DNA from: Hydrolagus colliei
Lineage: Eukaryota
Length of the DNA stretch: 64,000 nucleotides
Reading direction: 5' to 3'
NCBI GenBank assembly: GCA_035084275.1
Contig: CM068779.1
Location: 1,488,001-1,552,000, forward strand
Of the stretch, positions 1-12,800 are shown one piece after another. Position numbers and translations under genes: made by a program. Numbering within the stretch: position 1 is the stretch's first letter; every line of letters begins with the position of its first letter. A model generated the notes under the pieces. It saw only the letters and a program-made list of their open reading frames with translations. It searched no databases and was not told where the DNA came from.

Positions 1-684
1 CCTTGGGACGTCCTCCTGACATGAAAGGCGCTATATAGGTGTAATTTTGTTGTTGTTGTTAGCAAATGAGCACATGAGTAGTTCAGAAGAACCTCAAGCA
101 GAGTGATTAGGATATGGAATGCCCTGCCGTGAATGGTGGTTGAGTGAGAATCTACATAGGGAACTGGAGAGATATCTATAAACGAGTAAACTACAGGGGT
201 TTGAGGAAAAAGGCAGATAAATAGGAGTGTAAGGAATGCTCTTAAATTAGCCAGCATGGGGACAATGAGCCAAATAATAATCCTTGCATTTGATATAATG
301 CCTTAACACAACTTCTAGGTATCTCAAAGCGCATCAAAGAATATACTGTAAAGTGAATTTATTGGCAAAAACAGTCTTATTCTGCACTGTAAAAGTCTAG
401 GTTTCTTTGGTTCTACTTGAGGCTAGAACATATACTAGTGCAGGAATAAAAAGCATTATATTAATGTAAAGCTAGAAACATTGACTATAGTGCCATACCA
501 CCATTTCAAGAACATTTAACAAACAAAATGACAGATTCCGTTCAGTTCCAATAGTTTATCCTGTTATTTTTGCGGCTCATGAAAGTAAAGATTTTGAGTA
601 TATGATGTACAGTAGAATTATGCTAAGAGTTGGTAATAAATAATTTTTGTGAATTAAATTACGTTCAAACTTTTTTTTACCAAA

Positions 685-801
685 TCACTTGAATTTCAAT
701 TCAGCGTAATCTGTTTTATTATCAACAATCTCTGTCATTGGGGCCGTCGGACGTCCTTGCAAAAGTTGGGGTTGGGCATAAACAATTTCATGGTCTCGGT
801 T
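685..801 (-). CDS. Gene 1 terminal exon NRDHEIVYAQPQLLQGRPTAPMTEIVDNKTDYAELKFK*
   Basis: Acceptor ttattcttcttccag, phase 0, TGA at 687-685; IVYAQP and TDYAEL motifs. Confidence 0.85.
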   Translation of the reverse strand, partial: NRDHEIVYAQPQLLQGRPTAPMTEIVDNKTDYAELKFK

Positions 802-3800
802 CTGGAAGAAGAATAAATATCATTTTACATACTGTAACACTCACACATATACAGTATACAGCTTGCATCAACTATTGTACACAAATTGTAGCAAACAGTT
901 CGCTCAAAATACACAATGACTCCTATTTAACTTGTGAAGCATTTGGGTATGTCCTCCTAGAGTCTCCCAGTCAAACATAAAGATTATTATTATAAAGCTA
1001 TTCAAGTGGTACATGCAGAATATGGTAGTTTGTATGGCATTGAAGACTCTCACGTGGCATAACACGGTAAATGTATAAATTGTGGAATCAACCTCCATGT
1101 CCATGCACAGTCTTGTGCGATGTTCCTCAGGGCTCTGTCCTTCAACAACCATATGCTCCCGTCTTCTTTTTGAGGGATTATCATTAGGTGTGGAGTAAGG
1201 AAACTTTCCCAAGGTTTTTCCCTGACCTACCTGGATTCGAACACAGGTCTCACACTTGTAAGGCGAGTGCTCTAACGACTGAACTGCAGTTATCTCCAGG
1301 CTCAGATCATCCAGAGTTCTGCAGCCCATGTCCTCTCCTGCACCAGACTCTGTGACCATATCAGCCTCATTCTTGCCCAGTTCCACTGGATTATCTTTCA
1401 TACAGTTCAAGATCCTGGTTCTCACTTTCAAAGCCTTCCATGACTCACTCCCTGTTCACTACCTCTGCGATCTGCTAATCCACTACCAACCTGCCCATTT
1501 GCTTTATGTCCCCCACGTCCTGCCCCTGTCAGGAAGGCCTTCAGGCACTCTGCTCCACCCTCTGGAACTCCATCCCACGGTCTTCAGCCTCTCCCTCTCC
1601 CTTGCCTCCTTCAAGATCCATCTCAAGACACCTCATCGACCACACCTTCAATCATCCTCATTCCCTCCCTGCCCTGCAGCCTCCCTGATTCCATCCCCCA
1701 GCTTGCTTCCAAAACACTGATTGTGAAAGGTGCTATATATATAGTTTGTTTTTGTCAGCCTGAGTTACAAGTTTGGGGATTCAAGCTCCATGTCGCGAGT
1801 TCAAACTCATATAGTCAAGGTTGACATGAAAACAATAATAATAATAAACATGCCAGTGCGGTGCTGGGGGTGAGCTGCATTGTCAGGGTTGTTGTCCCTC
1901 AGATAACAACAACAATAAATTAACACAGAGTCTTTCACATTAGGAGGACATCCCAAGGTGCTGGACACTCAGGGATCTGTCCCCAAGCTCATGGTTGGGT
2001 TCAGTAGGGGATGAATTTCCAGCCTTCCAAATTGTTTGTCAGAATAATGGGTTAAAAAAGAGAATTAAGTGTCTTACCGCTGTGGCCGTATTGGCTCCTC
2101 TGCTAGATTGTTGCGGAGCTGGAAGACAAAAAAATATGTGTTATTGGACAATGAAACGTTCATAGGAAACTGTGGAACCTGTTTCTTTCAGATGGACATC
2201 CTACTTTCTAATAGGAGCAAAAGGGTTCATATCACATAGATTCTCACAGTCAACATTGAGAAAATAACAGACAAACTGTGCTCATGAAATTCATTTGTGT
2301 AAAGAAATAATTAAGAGTCAAGGCACAGACAATCAGTTCAGTATAAACTGGTATCTTCTGTTTTTAGTTTCCGATAAGGGAAACCTACTAATGGTGAAGG
2401 GAATTTATGGAGGGTAACAGAATATGTGTATAAATGTGAACTGGATGAAATCGGAAGTCATATTTTTAACATGGGCATTAAAATAATTTGGAACATTTGT
2501 AGCCACTTCAATTTTAAACAATATGAAATGTTCTTAATAAAATAGTGCACATAGACATAATAGTTAGTGGACATGAAGTAATTATTCTTTAATGTAGACT
2601 GGTTATTCAATTTAGCAATCATTGCCCTATTTTACAGGTCAGATGCTGTCTCACATCTGTTACAGAGAACAATAGGATATACAAGAATGTCTTCTCTTAC
2701 GACTTCTGTCAACATTAATCCCTGGCAGCTGGTAGATCTTTTTCCTCATTCTCTCCTAAAAATAATGATTTATTTTTGTGCTTGTATTTTTTCTGTTTAA
2801 TTGAGGAAATCGGTTTGAAGTAGATACATTGTTTAGCTGAAAGCTACAGTGGAGGCAAGTGGCATGAGATGTGGCAAGATGCTGGCTAGAGCTCAGTTGT
2901 TTGAAACTGTCTCAATGTGATAAAGAAGAATACTGTAGGAATGACACAAAAAAGTATATGTACAGTAATCACTAAAAAGAATATACTCAGCATTCCTCCG
3001 ACTGAATGAATGGCTTTTCAATTTATAGCTTATAAAAATTTGACTTAAGGTGCCAGTCATTCCGCATCCTTTTTCCAATCTGTTCAAGGCACGTAAGTCA
3101 GTTGACGTCTCAAGAAATATTAATACAGATAAAATGTAGGTTATTGCTGAAATCCTTTTTATTGCCAGTTGGAATTCTCTGTAAATGGAAACCTGTGAGA
3201 GACACATCTAAGAAAAAGCAAGCATTAACTCCGAGCTCCAAACGCTCTGCTCTGCTTTGCAGATGAATCAGATTCTCCTTACCTCCCCGTTTGCTCATTT
3301 GCTAGCCATCTTAAATTGATGCAGTCTAGTCACCAGTAGAAATAATTCCTTCCTATTAAACCACTCATAATTTTAAAGACTTTCATCAGGTCATAGAATA
3401 ATATGGAACCGAAAAAAAGAAAGATTAGTTTACATACCGTATTAACATACTGTGCATATAAGACTATTTCAAAGCAGATTAACAAATGAGGAGATCTAAG
3501 ATCAAAAACAGAACTCGGTCCTTGCACTACATCCACTGTCAGCTGGTTTATAATAATGGCTTTGGTAACTTGCTCTCCGAATGCCCTTCGTCTGTTCAGA
3601 ACAACAACAACAACTTCAATTTATATAGCCCCTCCACGCCGGACGGCGCCTCAGTGTGCTTCACAACAACGGATCCCGGGACCGAGCCAGGGGCAGGGGT
3701 AGAAGCCCCTCACACGGTGCCTCCATGGGATTAAGATCTCACTATTGTAGAGATGCTCAATCAGTTCAATGTTCCAGGCCAAAATGCAGTGCAGTGGTGT

Positions 3801-6800
3801 TCGTATTTATCTATTATCAGAGTTTATCATGATTCTGTGAGTTCAGGTCGTTAACACAGTTGTTTAACTTGTGGATTTTAGCTGTGTGTAAGACTCCTAA
3901 ATGGGTTGTGAAGGTCCGTTCAGCCAATATATCCAACATTTTCTCAGTGAGAATGTTGCCCATTGCTACAGGGAAGAGTCATGTTACATGCTGCAGGGAA
4001 TATAGATTAACTGTCTCTATCACCAGCCAAAGGTAGGCCTAGTCTTTAAGACAGACACATTGGTACAGCAATCGTCAAGTCATATTGAGTTGTGGCCTCT
4101 TTAACCAATCAAAAGAAGTGCATTGAAGTGATCAATGGAAATAGAATAGACCAGTTAAATGTCACTGTGGTACATCAGGTATTGAAAGATACTTGTGTCT
4201 GGAATCATAACCAATAAATTAATCTGATCTTCTGTATTGGATTGCAGTGTGTGTCAGTCTGTGACTGAGTGCACATACTGTCCTTCTGAAGTTGGCTTAG
4301 GAAATGCATGAATGTGTGTAGGAGGATAAGAACAAGTGGAAATATGAACAAGGTAGAAAGTCGATGTTCAGAAACTTAAAAGAATCTACTTACATTGAGG
4401 GTTCTGCTCTTTTCTTTGTACTGTTGCATATTCTGTTTGTGATGGAGGGACTGTGTCGGAAAATATGATAGAACTTAGACCTAAGTTTGGGGTATCTAAT
4501 TTCTAAAGGGAAGCTCAAGCTTTGTCTTGTTTTAGCAGTAAGTATGCAAGGAGCTTAATTGCAAAGCACAATATGAGGATTGTATTAGTTTTTGTTAATT
4601 CAAAGCTACAGTGGGGTGTAGCATTAGATGTAAATTAGAGCATTTAAATTAAGTCAAATTACTGACATCTTGCATTGGCATAGCAGCTTGTTATACGCTA
4701 CAACTAGTTTACTTACTGTTTCCTGTTGCATCCATTGTGACACCATTTTGATGATTTGATCCACTTTTCTCCCTAAATGAATGTTACACAACAGATCGGC
4801 TTGTAGATTTCTCAACAAGAATAATTTACATAGATTTACATAGACTTCATAGCATGGAAAGAGGCCATTTGGCCCACTGTGTCCTTGCCAGCATTTATAT
4901 TGCACATGAGGGTTTACCTACTCCTTACTCCCTCCTACACCCGTCTATTCTCTTCTCCCTCATGTATCTACCGGGCTTCCTCTTAAATGCATTTTAATCC
5001 GTGCAGAAAGTTCCTGGTACCTATTAATCAAATTACAAGTGAAGGCTCAAACTCCATGCTTGTCAGATGAAAAATTAACATCTGGTCACTACCACCCTTT
5101 AGGGTTTTGGGTGAGGGGGGTGGAGAGAGAAGCTAAATTGGCTCCAAGATGACATTTTGGTAATCTAAGTGGTCCGGTTCCTGAGCCAGGTGGTTCTGCA
5201 ATAACCCGGGTCGCTGCTGATGACTGCCCTGGCTCATCAGCAGAACTTGGAAGGAAGTTCATTCACCAGGGGCAGGGAAACCGCCTACTTAGCTCCTGTT
5301 AACTCTGCAATCAAAGCCCTAACTAACAGGTAGAGTGGTCCTAGTTGTGTAAGCAGTAGGAAGTGCTTTCAACGGCAAACTATGATTTTTTTTACTGGTT
5401 ACCTCAACATATAGTGGGGTCCCCAAGCCAACTTGCACTTAATGCTCTTCATAAGTAGGTAAACAGATTGTTTCCCTCCAGGGAGTGTGTGGGCATTCCA
5501 TTCTAATAAATTTCTCAGGAATTTCCACATTTTGGTGAGATGTATGAAATTAAGTTCTCAGTTTGGTTTGGAATACTCTCAAGCACAGTAAAGGGTTTCC
5601 TCATATGTCAGACACCCAGCTGACTTAAATAAATAAATGCATCTATACTGTCTAATTTAACCACTTCAGACAGCAAGTTCCATATTCTCTGTGGGAAGGA
5701 TTTCCTCCTAAATTCTCTTTTTAAAGTGGCAACAGCCAATGTATGACAACCTTAATGAGTCCTTTGATAATTAAAAATATCTCTATTAAGTTCGCTGTTA
5801 AATGTTTCTTCCCTGATAACAAACATCTTTCCTCTATTTTGTGAAAAATTGCAGTTAGTTTTCTTATCCCTGTTGCACCTGCAGAATGTACTCGCAAATC
5901 CCAAGAGTGGTTTCCACCTGCACACCAAACTGTATTGTCACAATAACAATTTGATAGAGCGCTTTCTCATGACTTTGAGACGTCTCAAACCGCTTCACAG
6001 AATATACTGTAAAATGAAGTGACTGCATGTTTTGTGGGCAAAATTCGGCTGCTAATTAAACACAGCAACATCCTACAAACAGTCTTGGATTAAATGATTG
6101 ATTTCTAAAATCAAATTATTACCCCCGGAAAAGTGATCATTCAATTGACTAATAAACGGGTTCCTATTTACTGGTAGGTAAACAGAGGCATGTGTGTGGA
6201 GTAAAGAACCTTGCTCAACATTTCGCCCTTCCAGGAATCGAACCCAGGTCTGTTGCTTATGAGACGGGTGCTCTAACCATTGAGCTACAGGTCTCCACAT
6301 AGAGGTAATATTAAGTCTTATATTTGAATCACTAGTGCTGGACTCCCTATCAAGAACATTATGCTAATCTCATTGAACTCTATTGTAATTCTATTGCCCT
6401 ATAACTAAAAATGATCTGCAACCAAGTTGTTACATTGATTAGTATTCATGCATCATTAATAGGAACCATTATATAATTTGGGTTTACTTGCGCCGTGAGT
6501 TCCATTGAATAGATTGCAGGTGAATGTACAAGCAAGAGTATGCGGACAGGTTGAAACTGTCCAATAAATGAGTTGATGCAGATGAATAAATAAAGATATT
6601 GAATCGTATCTGAACATGATACATAAGTACAGTATTGGGTCATCAAGCATTAGATAGCTTGATGATAAAGACATTTTCAACACTGATTCCAGCAACAAGT
6701 ATACAATACAGTGTTAGTTTAATAATTTGCATATAAAAGACTGGAGTTTATCTAAGTAACATATAATCTGAAGCACGTTGAATATACATATAAATTGCAG

Positions 6801-9800
6801 TCAACATGAAAAGAGAAAAGTGAAGTGAAAATTTTATTAATCACAAAGTATGAAGGCAAAAACAGTACAGCACAAAAGGTAAACAATCAGCAGGCTTGAT
6901 TTTCAATAGTTCTGTCTCGTGAAAAGTACACTTGATTTTCTTGGTCATTCTTTTTTTGAATATTAGATTTCCTTTCCCTGATATGATAGGCCACAGCTAA
7001 TCTTATAAAGCCTTCAAGACATCTCGAAGCACTTCACAGAACATACTGCAAAATGAATTGACTATGTTTTGTGGGCCAAATGGGGTTGCCAATGTGCACA
7101 GCAGCGTCCCATAAATGGTAGAGCTACAGATTAAAAGTACTAAAATTGAATATGCAGTTTCATATGTGTTGTTCAATATTGCTGTTGAACTGCAGGCCCA
7201 GGGCATCAATATAAATCTATAGAGTACATCAGCTTCAATTTTTTTCTCTTTCAACAAATATATCCAATTGGAAATCTTATTCTAGGGTTAGCTTTGCTTG
7301 AAGCAAGGAAATAACATTCCTTTAAAAATCATGTTCATATAGAATAACCTGTCCACTCCCTCTGCTCAGCAGTCTGTGGCTTGCTGCACATCCCCCCACC
7401 CGGTCTACCACACCATTGGCACCCTTCAGTCTTTCTGCCACACCCTATGGAACTCTATCCCACATTCTCTTTGTCTCTCTCCCACGCTTGCTTCCTTCAA
7501 GGCATGTATCAAAACCCTCCTCTTCGACTGAGCCTTCAGCCACCTTCCTAACCAACTGCCCACCACCCTCCCCATTCCCGACCCCCCCCCAACTCTGGTC
7601 CAAATCTCTGACTGTCTATTGTTTTGGGACGTCCTTCCGATGTGAAAGGCACTGTACAAATGTAATATTGTATAGAATAATACAAAAACAAACTATGTAA
7701 TAATACAAGACATCTCAAAGCGCTTTGCAAGATATACCATCCCCAAAAAACGCAATAATAAAATTGGTCATTTCAATCCAAGATTGTTTATAGAGGACAC
7801 TGCTGTGAGCAATTGGTTGCCACATTTCACCCACAAATATACAGTCAATTCACTTTACATTATATTCTGTGAAGCGCTTTGAGACATTGATAAGATGTGA
7901 AAAGCACTATATCAAATGCAAGGATTATTATTATTTATTATTATTGTAAAGTGGTGTGACCATATTTGTTTTGTAGGAAAAGATGGCAGTCAATTTGCAC
8001 ACAACAATATCATGCAATCATGGATTCATATGAGCGATTTCATAAAGGAAAATGTCAATGGAGAATATATAACAGAGAGAAATTTGGATATTAAGCAGGA
8101 AATGATTATAACAAATACAGACAGGCATAAAGAATGAGACGTGCTTTACCATTTTCACAATACAATAGCATTAAAATTATGATAGAAATACAGTACGGGT
8201 ATTTACCTTCCTTTTCCTTTGACAAACCAGACTGCAAGTGCAACAATCAGAGCGACAACAACAATACAGGCAATCACTATGCCTGCTATTGCTCCACCGC
8301 TCAATCTGTTTGGGTCTTTTCCTTGGGGACTGTCTGTAAAATAGTAAAGTCCCATATATCAGTCAGATGAGACAACAACAAAATACAACAAAATTACATT
8401 TGTATAGCGCCTTTCACATCAGGAGGATATCCCAAGATGCTGAAGGGTACAATTTCAGATAAATAATGTTACCCAAATGCACATATTTATGAAACTAGTT
8501 GGATTTCAGGACGCTGAGAATTGAATCATCAATGACCTGCATAGAGCTTTCCAGCAGAAAGTTGAATTAATAATAGCTAATATTCTTCACATATGTAAGA
8601 GAATAGATCTAGCAATAGTGTGATTATGCCATATTATATTTCACTCCCTTATTTCCTCCTTCATTCATTTATGATTATCTAGAAATTCATCACAACAACA
8701 ACAAATTACACCTATATAGTGCACTTCACATTGCAAAGATGTCCTAGGGCCCTGGACAGTCAGGGTTTTTTGGAGCCAAGCTGGGAGTTGGGGTCAGGAG
8801 TAGTTGGATGGCAGGGGTAGAGAGGGATGTGGGGGTGGGAGGGTGGCCGAAGAGATTTGGAAAAGGCAAGAGAGGGGGTGAGTAGGAGGGATTGCAGAAT
8901 ATAGTTCCGGAAGGTGAGGACAGAGATGCTGAATTCCCAACCACCAATGGGGAGGTGGACAGTGTGGGACCTGAAGCAGGCCTGTATCTGCCGAGTGTGA
9001 AGGAGCAGACAGGCTGATATGGGGCTAGGTGGTTGGAGAGGTAGGAGAGAGAAGACCGTGGAGAGCTTTGAAAGTGAGAACAAGAGTTTTGGACTATTCT
9101 CTGAGAAATGGGGAGTCAATGAAACTGGACAAGAATGCTTAAGAGTACTAGAGTACCCCATATGCATAAAAAAAGTTTTGTCTGGAATGAAGTTCACATT
9201 CTCTCCTTAGATGAATCCCCGTACCCTGCATAGTCAAGGCTCAGGAGGCTTGGAAACTTCCCATTGCTTGTTCAGTGAAAATAGCACTATCACATTCAAG
9301 GTGAGATCTTGCTTTAGATATGGTCAGCTGGTCCCAATGTTTCAATGATAGCGCTATTAGAAGTGAAGTGCACTACAACACCCAATTTCTAGATGGACAG
9401 GCCTTTCTGATGTCAATTCCTGCACAAATGAGCAGAAAACCTTGAGTGAAGTCAGGGACACTTGTGTGATATTAATGTGCAGTGCTGTAGCTCAGTGGTT
9501 AGAGTGCTCATCTCATCTAGCATGTGAGAGGACCCGGGTTTGATTCCCAGACATGGCAAAACATTAGTCAAATTTCCTTACACACATACCTGTTTACCAA
9601 GCAGTAAGTAGGTACCTGGTTGTTACTCGACTGGCGGATTGCTTTCCAGGGGTAATAAACCCCTTCAAAAACTTATTTAAAAATTATAATTTGGTTACTC
9701 AATTTGTTTTTCTGTCTTACCATCCGTCTATCTATCTTTCTTTCTCTCAGGACTCCCCCTTTCACTATTATCCTTCAAGGCACAGAATAACTATTAATAA

Positions 9801-12800
9801 ACATTGTATACCTTATACCTTATGAGGCCCATTCACACCTTGCGCCAATACAATTTACATTATGTTTAGTATATATCAGGAATCCTGTAGCTCAATGGTT
9901 AGAGCACTCGCCTTACACCTTTGTTCAATACCAGGCAGGCTGAAACCTTGGGCAAGTTTCCTTACTTTCCACATGCCTAATAATAATCCCTCAAAGTAAA
10001 TAAATAATTTGGTCACTCAAAAGTTTGTGGGACACTGTTGTGCACAATTTGCTGCTACATTTTGCCTATAAATATACAGAAAATTCACTTTAAAGTATAT
10101 TCTGTGAAGCGCTTTAAGACATCTAGAAGATGTGAAAAAGCGCCATATTAAAAAATAAGTCTCATTACTATTGTCAAGAGTGCTTCACAGGATATACTGT
10201 AAAGTGTGCTTATATTTTCTGGACAAGTACAAGAACCATTTTGCTTTTAACAATACTTCATAAACAGTTATGAAGTCATTGAATAATTTTATTTTATCCT
10301 AAGTGAGTGGCATTATATAAATACAAGTGCTTGTTGTTGTTGGCTATGACACCCAAAGAGAGAAACTCCATTCTGTTTTCGAATAGTACTGTGGGGTCTT
10401 TAATGTCTACTTGAATATACTTTGATTTAATGTCTCAACCGAAGTACAGCACCTTTAACAAAGCACACCCCAGCACTGCATTAGTGTCAGCTTCAACCCA
10501 CAAAGCGAAAGTGTAACAACCTGAGTGACTGACAATGCATCAATCAAACTCCACCATAGTAACAGAAATGACCAACAAAGATAAGGACAAAAATGAACCC
10601 TAATACTGCAGTGTAATTGTTTCTTTAAGTACATCAGTATGTTCATGACAAGCGGACAGAACATCAGTGGGTCTGGATAAAAGAGTGAAATAGAAATAGA
10701 AATTAGCATACAGGTGTCGTCGGTGAATGATATGGAAACTACTTTTCAACTCTTTTGATTCTGGATACACTGATGCTGATAACTGTTCATAACTTATCAA
10801 ATCATAAAGCCTTATGGTTTTTGAAACACATGGTTATTGCTAAATAATAATAATCCTTGCATTTCATATAGTGCTTTTCATGTCTTCTGGACGTCTCAAA
10901 GTGCTTCACAGAATACTGTAAAGTGAATTGAGTGTATTTTTTATGGACAAAATGTGGCAGTCAATTGCGCACAGCAGTGTCCCACAAACAGTCGTGGATT
11001 GAAGTGACCAATTTATCAGTTTTTTTCAGGGATTATTATTCGGCTATATTATTATTGAATATCAATGCAATCTATTTGCTACCACTAACATTCACAGAAC
11101 AATACATTGAAATAACTCTCAATGTATAAATCAATAAATATCATGATCACATCATGATAGCACATCACAGTAAAGTGATATGTACAGTACATTCACTCAC
11201 CGTTTAACATGACATTCAGTGTTGTCTCATTGTCTCTTAAGGTAATGCTGTTATGAGCCTGACAAGTGTAAATCCCAACATCAGCCTGGGTTATTTTATC
11301 AATGGTGAACATTGGAGTTGTGTGTGACAAAATAGTGCCATTAAATCTCCATTTATACTGAGCTTCTGGGTGTGACGGAGCAGAACAAGACAATGTAAGA
11401 GAGTCTCCAAGTTCTGCTGGGTGTGTCCCAGCGATTGTCAGCTCAGGGACGTCTGGTCCATCTGCAACAGAAGCAAGAATGGCTTCTTTATTACCAGTGA
11501 ACGTAAAGCATAACATTGAAGTCTTATTGTGAGAGGTGGCTGATACTTACAGGCAATGCTCAGTGTATGGCTGCCAGAGTGAGAGCTAAGGGTGTTGTTT
11601 GCCTCACACCGATACGTTCCAACATCCTTCCTAGTCACATTGATGATGGTCAGGGTGTCATTATCCACAGAGATTGTGATCCTGTCACTGCTGTGGAGAG
11701 CTTGCACACCTTTAAACCACAACTGGGACTCAACAGTGCCAGTGACAGCACATGCCATAGTCACAGTGTCAGTGTATTCTATTGGGTTGGGATTGTTAGC
11801 TGTTATGTTGACACTGGTGATTTTTTCTGTAAATAGAATGATAATAGAATCATACAATTATTAACCTGAATTTTTTGAAAAAGTTATACTTTTGTTTTTT
11901 GTTTTAATAGTCCTGTGGCATTCGCCTCACAATGAAAAGTGGGTTCGATTTCCGGGCACGGTGAAACATAAGAAATAGGAACAGTAGGTCATTCGGCTCC
12001 TCATGGCTGATCTTCCAACCTAATTCCACTGACCCACTATTCCCATATTCGATAATAGCTTCAGCTTTTTAAAAAAAGTCGATTGATCCCAGTCTTGAAT
12101 ATATTTCTCAGTCTTGAATATGTTGAATGTTTCTTGTCTTGAAACATTGTGCAAGTTTCGAAGACGTGATAAGGCACTGTATCAAATGTAAGGATTGTTA
12201 TAAAAACTTGATCTGCATGTCACAAAAACAAGATGACAACAGCTGACCTTTATCTGAATTCTAACCCCATCAGAGGTCACTGGAGTCCAAAAAATTGTAA
12301 TATGCCTTATAGAGGAATATGATCAGGAGTGGCTGCTTGGCTTCCTGCATGGAAAAAAGCCAACTTCAGGGTCACCACGAAGGGTGCGACAGCTCCTGTA
12401 CCTTGCACATGTGCAAAGTTTGTACTTTGTTATGTGCAGAGTTTAGTACTTTATTTTGAAAACTAAACCGGAAGCCTTCCTTTCTTGTACAGTCGGGCTT
12501 GGAAGTAAACTCCACATTATAACAGGACACCATTAAAGAGAGTTCCATGGTGCCATTTTTTCAGAAGAAGTCCCAGCTCCTTGGAACATCCTCCACCATT
12601 ATTAATTATTACAGAAAGTTGAAAGGCAATTTACAAATATAGTTTTATTGTTTCCTTCATTTGTATCAATCATTTTTGATTTGCTGTAATAATCAATAAC
12701 TATATTAGTGAACTAACCATTCCGAATACTGATCCAAGAATAATACTGAAAGGAAACTAGTAGCAACTCAACCTAAAAAGTACCTAAAACTGACCTGATA

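Noticed and set aside
1200-1290. tRNA genes (also at ~6240, 9480, 17620, 27410, 31445)
   Set aside because: A/B-box heads continue into a shared SINE body and L2-like tail; no complete cloverleaf with acceptor stem.
904-1431. 175-aa minus-strand ORF
   Set aside because: Runs through an antisense L2 fragment and a SINE head; intronic to gene 1.
2638-2731. Plus-strand exon-like segment (tttacag..gtagat)
   Set aside because: Weak donor, no partner exons and no homology seen.
2893-3207. 104-aa ORF with a hydrophobic stretch as another TM exon
   Set aside because: No recognisable motif, and the gene 1 tail is already complete in phase without it.
3283-3500. Possible small minus-strand exons (27 nt near 3283-3309, 58 nt near 3437-3494)
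   Set aside because: Open only in phase 2, which does not fit the phase-1 junction at this position.
11516-11864. Plus-strand ORFs over Ig exons (also 16644, 19832, 26078, 36157, 47035, 57112)
   Set aside because: Antisense shadows of the real minus-strand exons.
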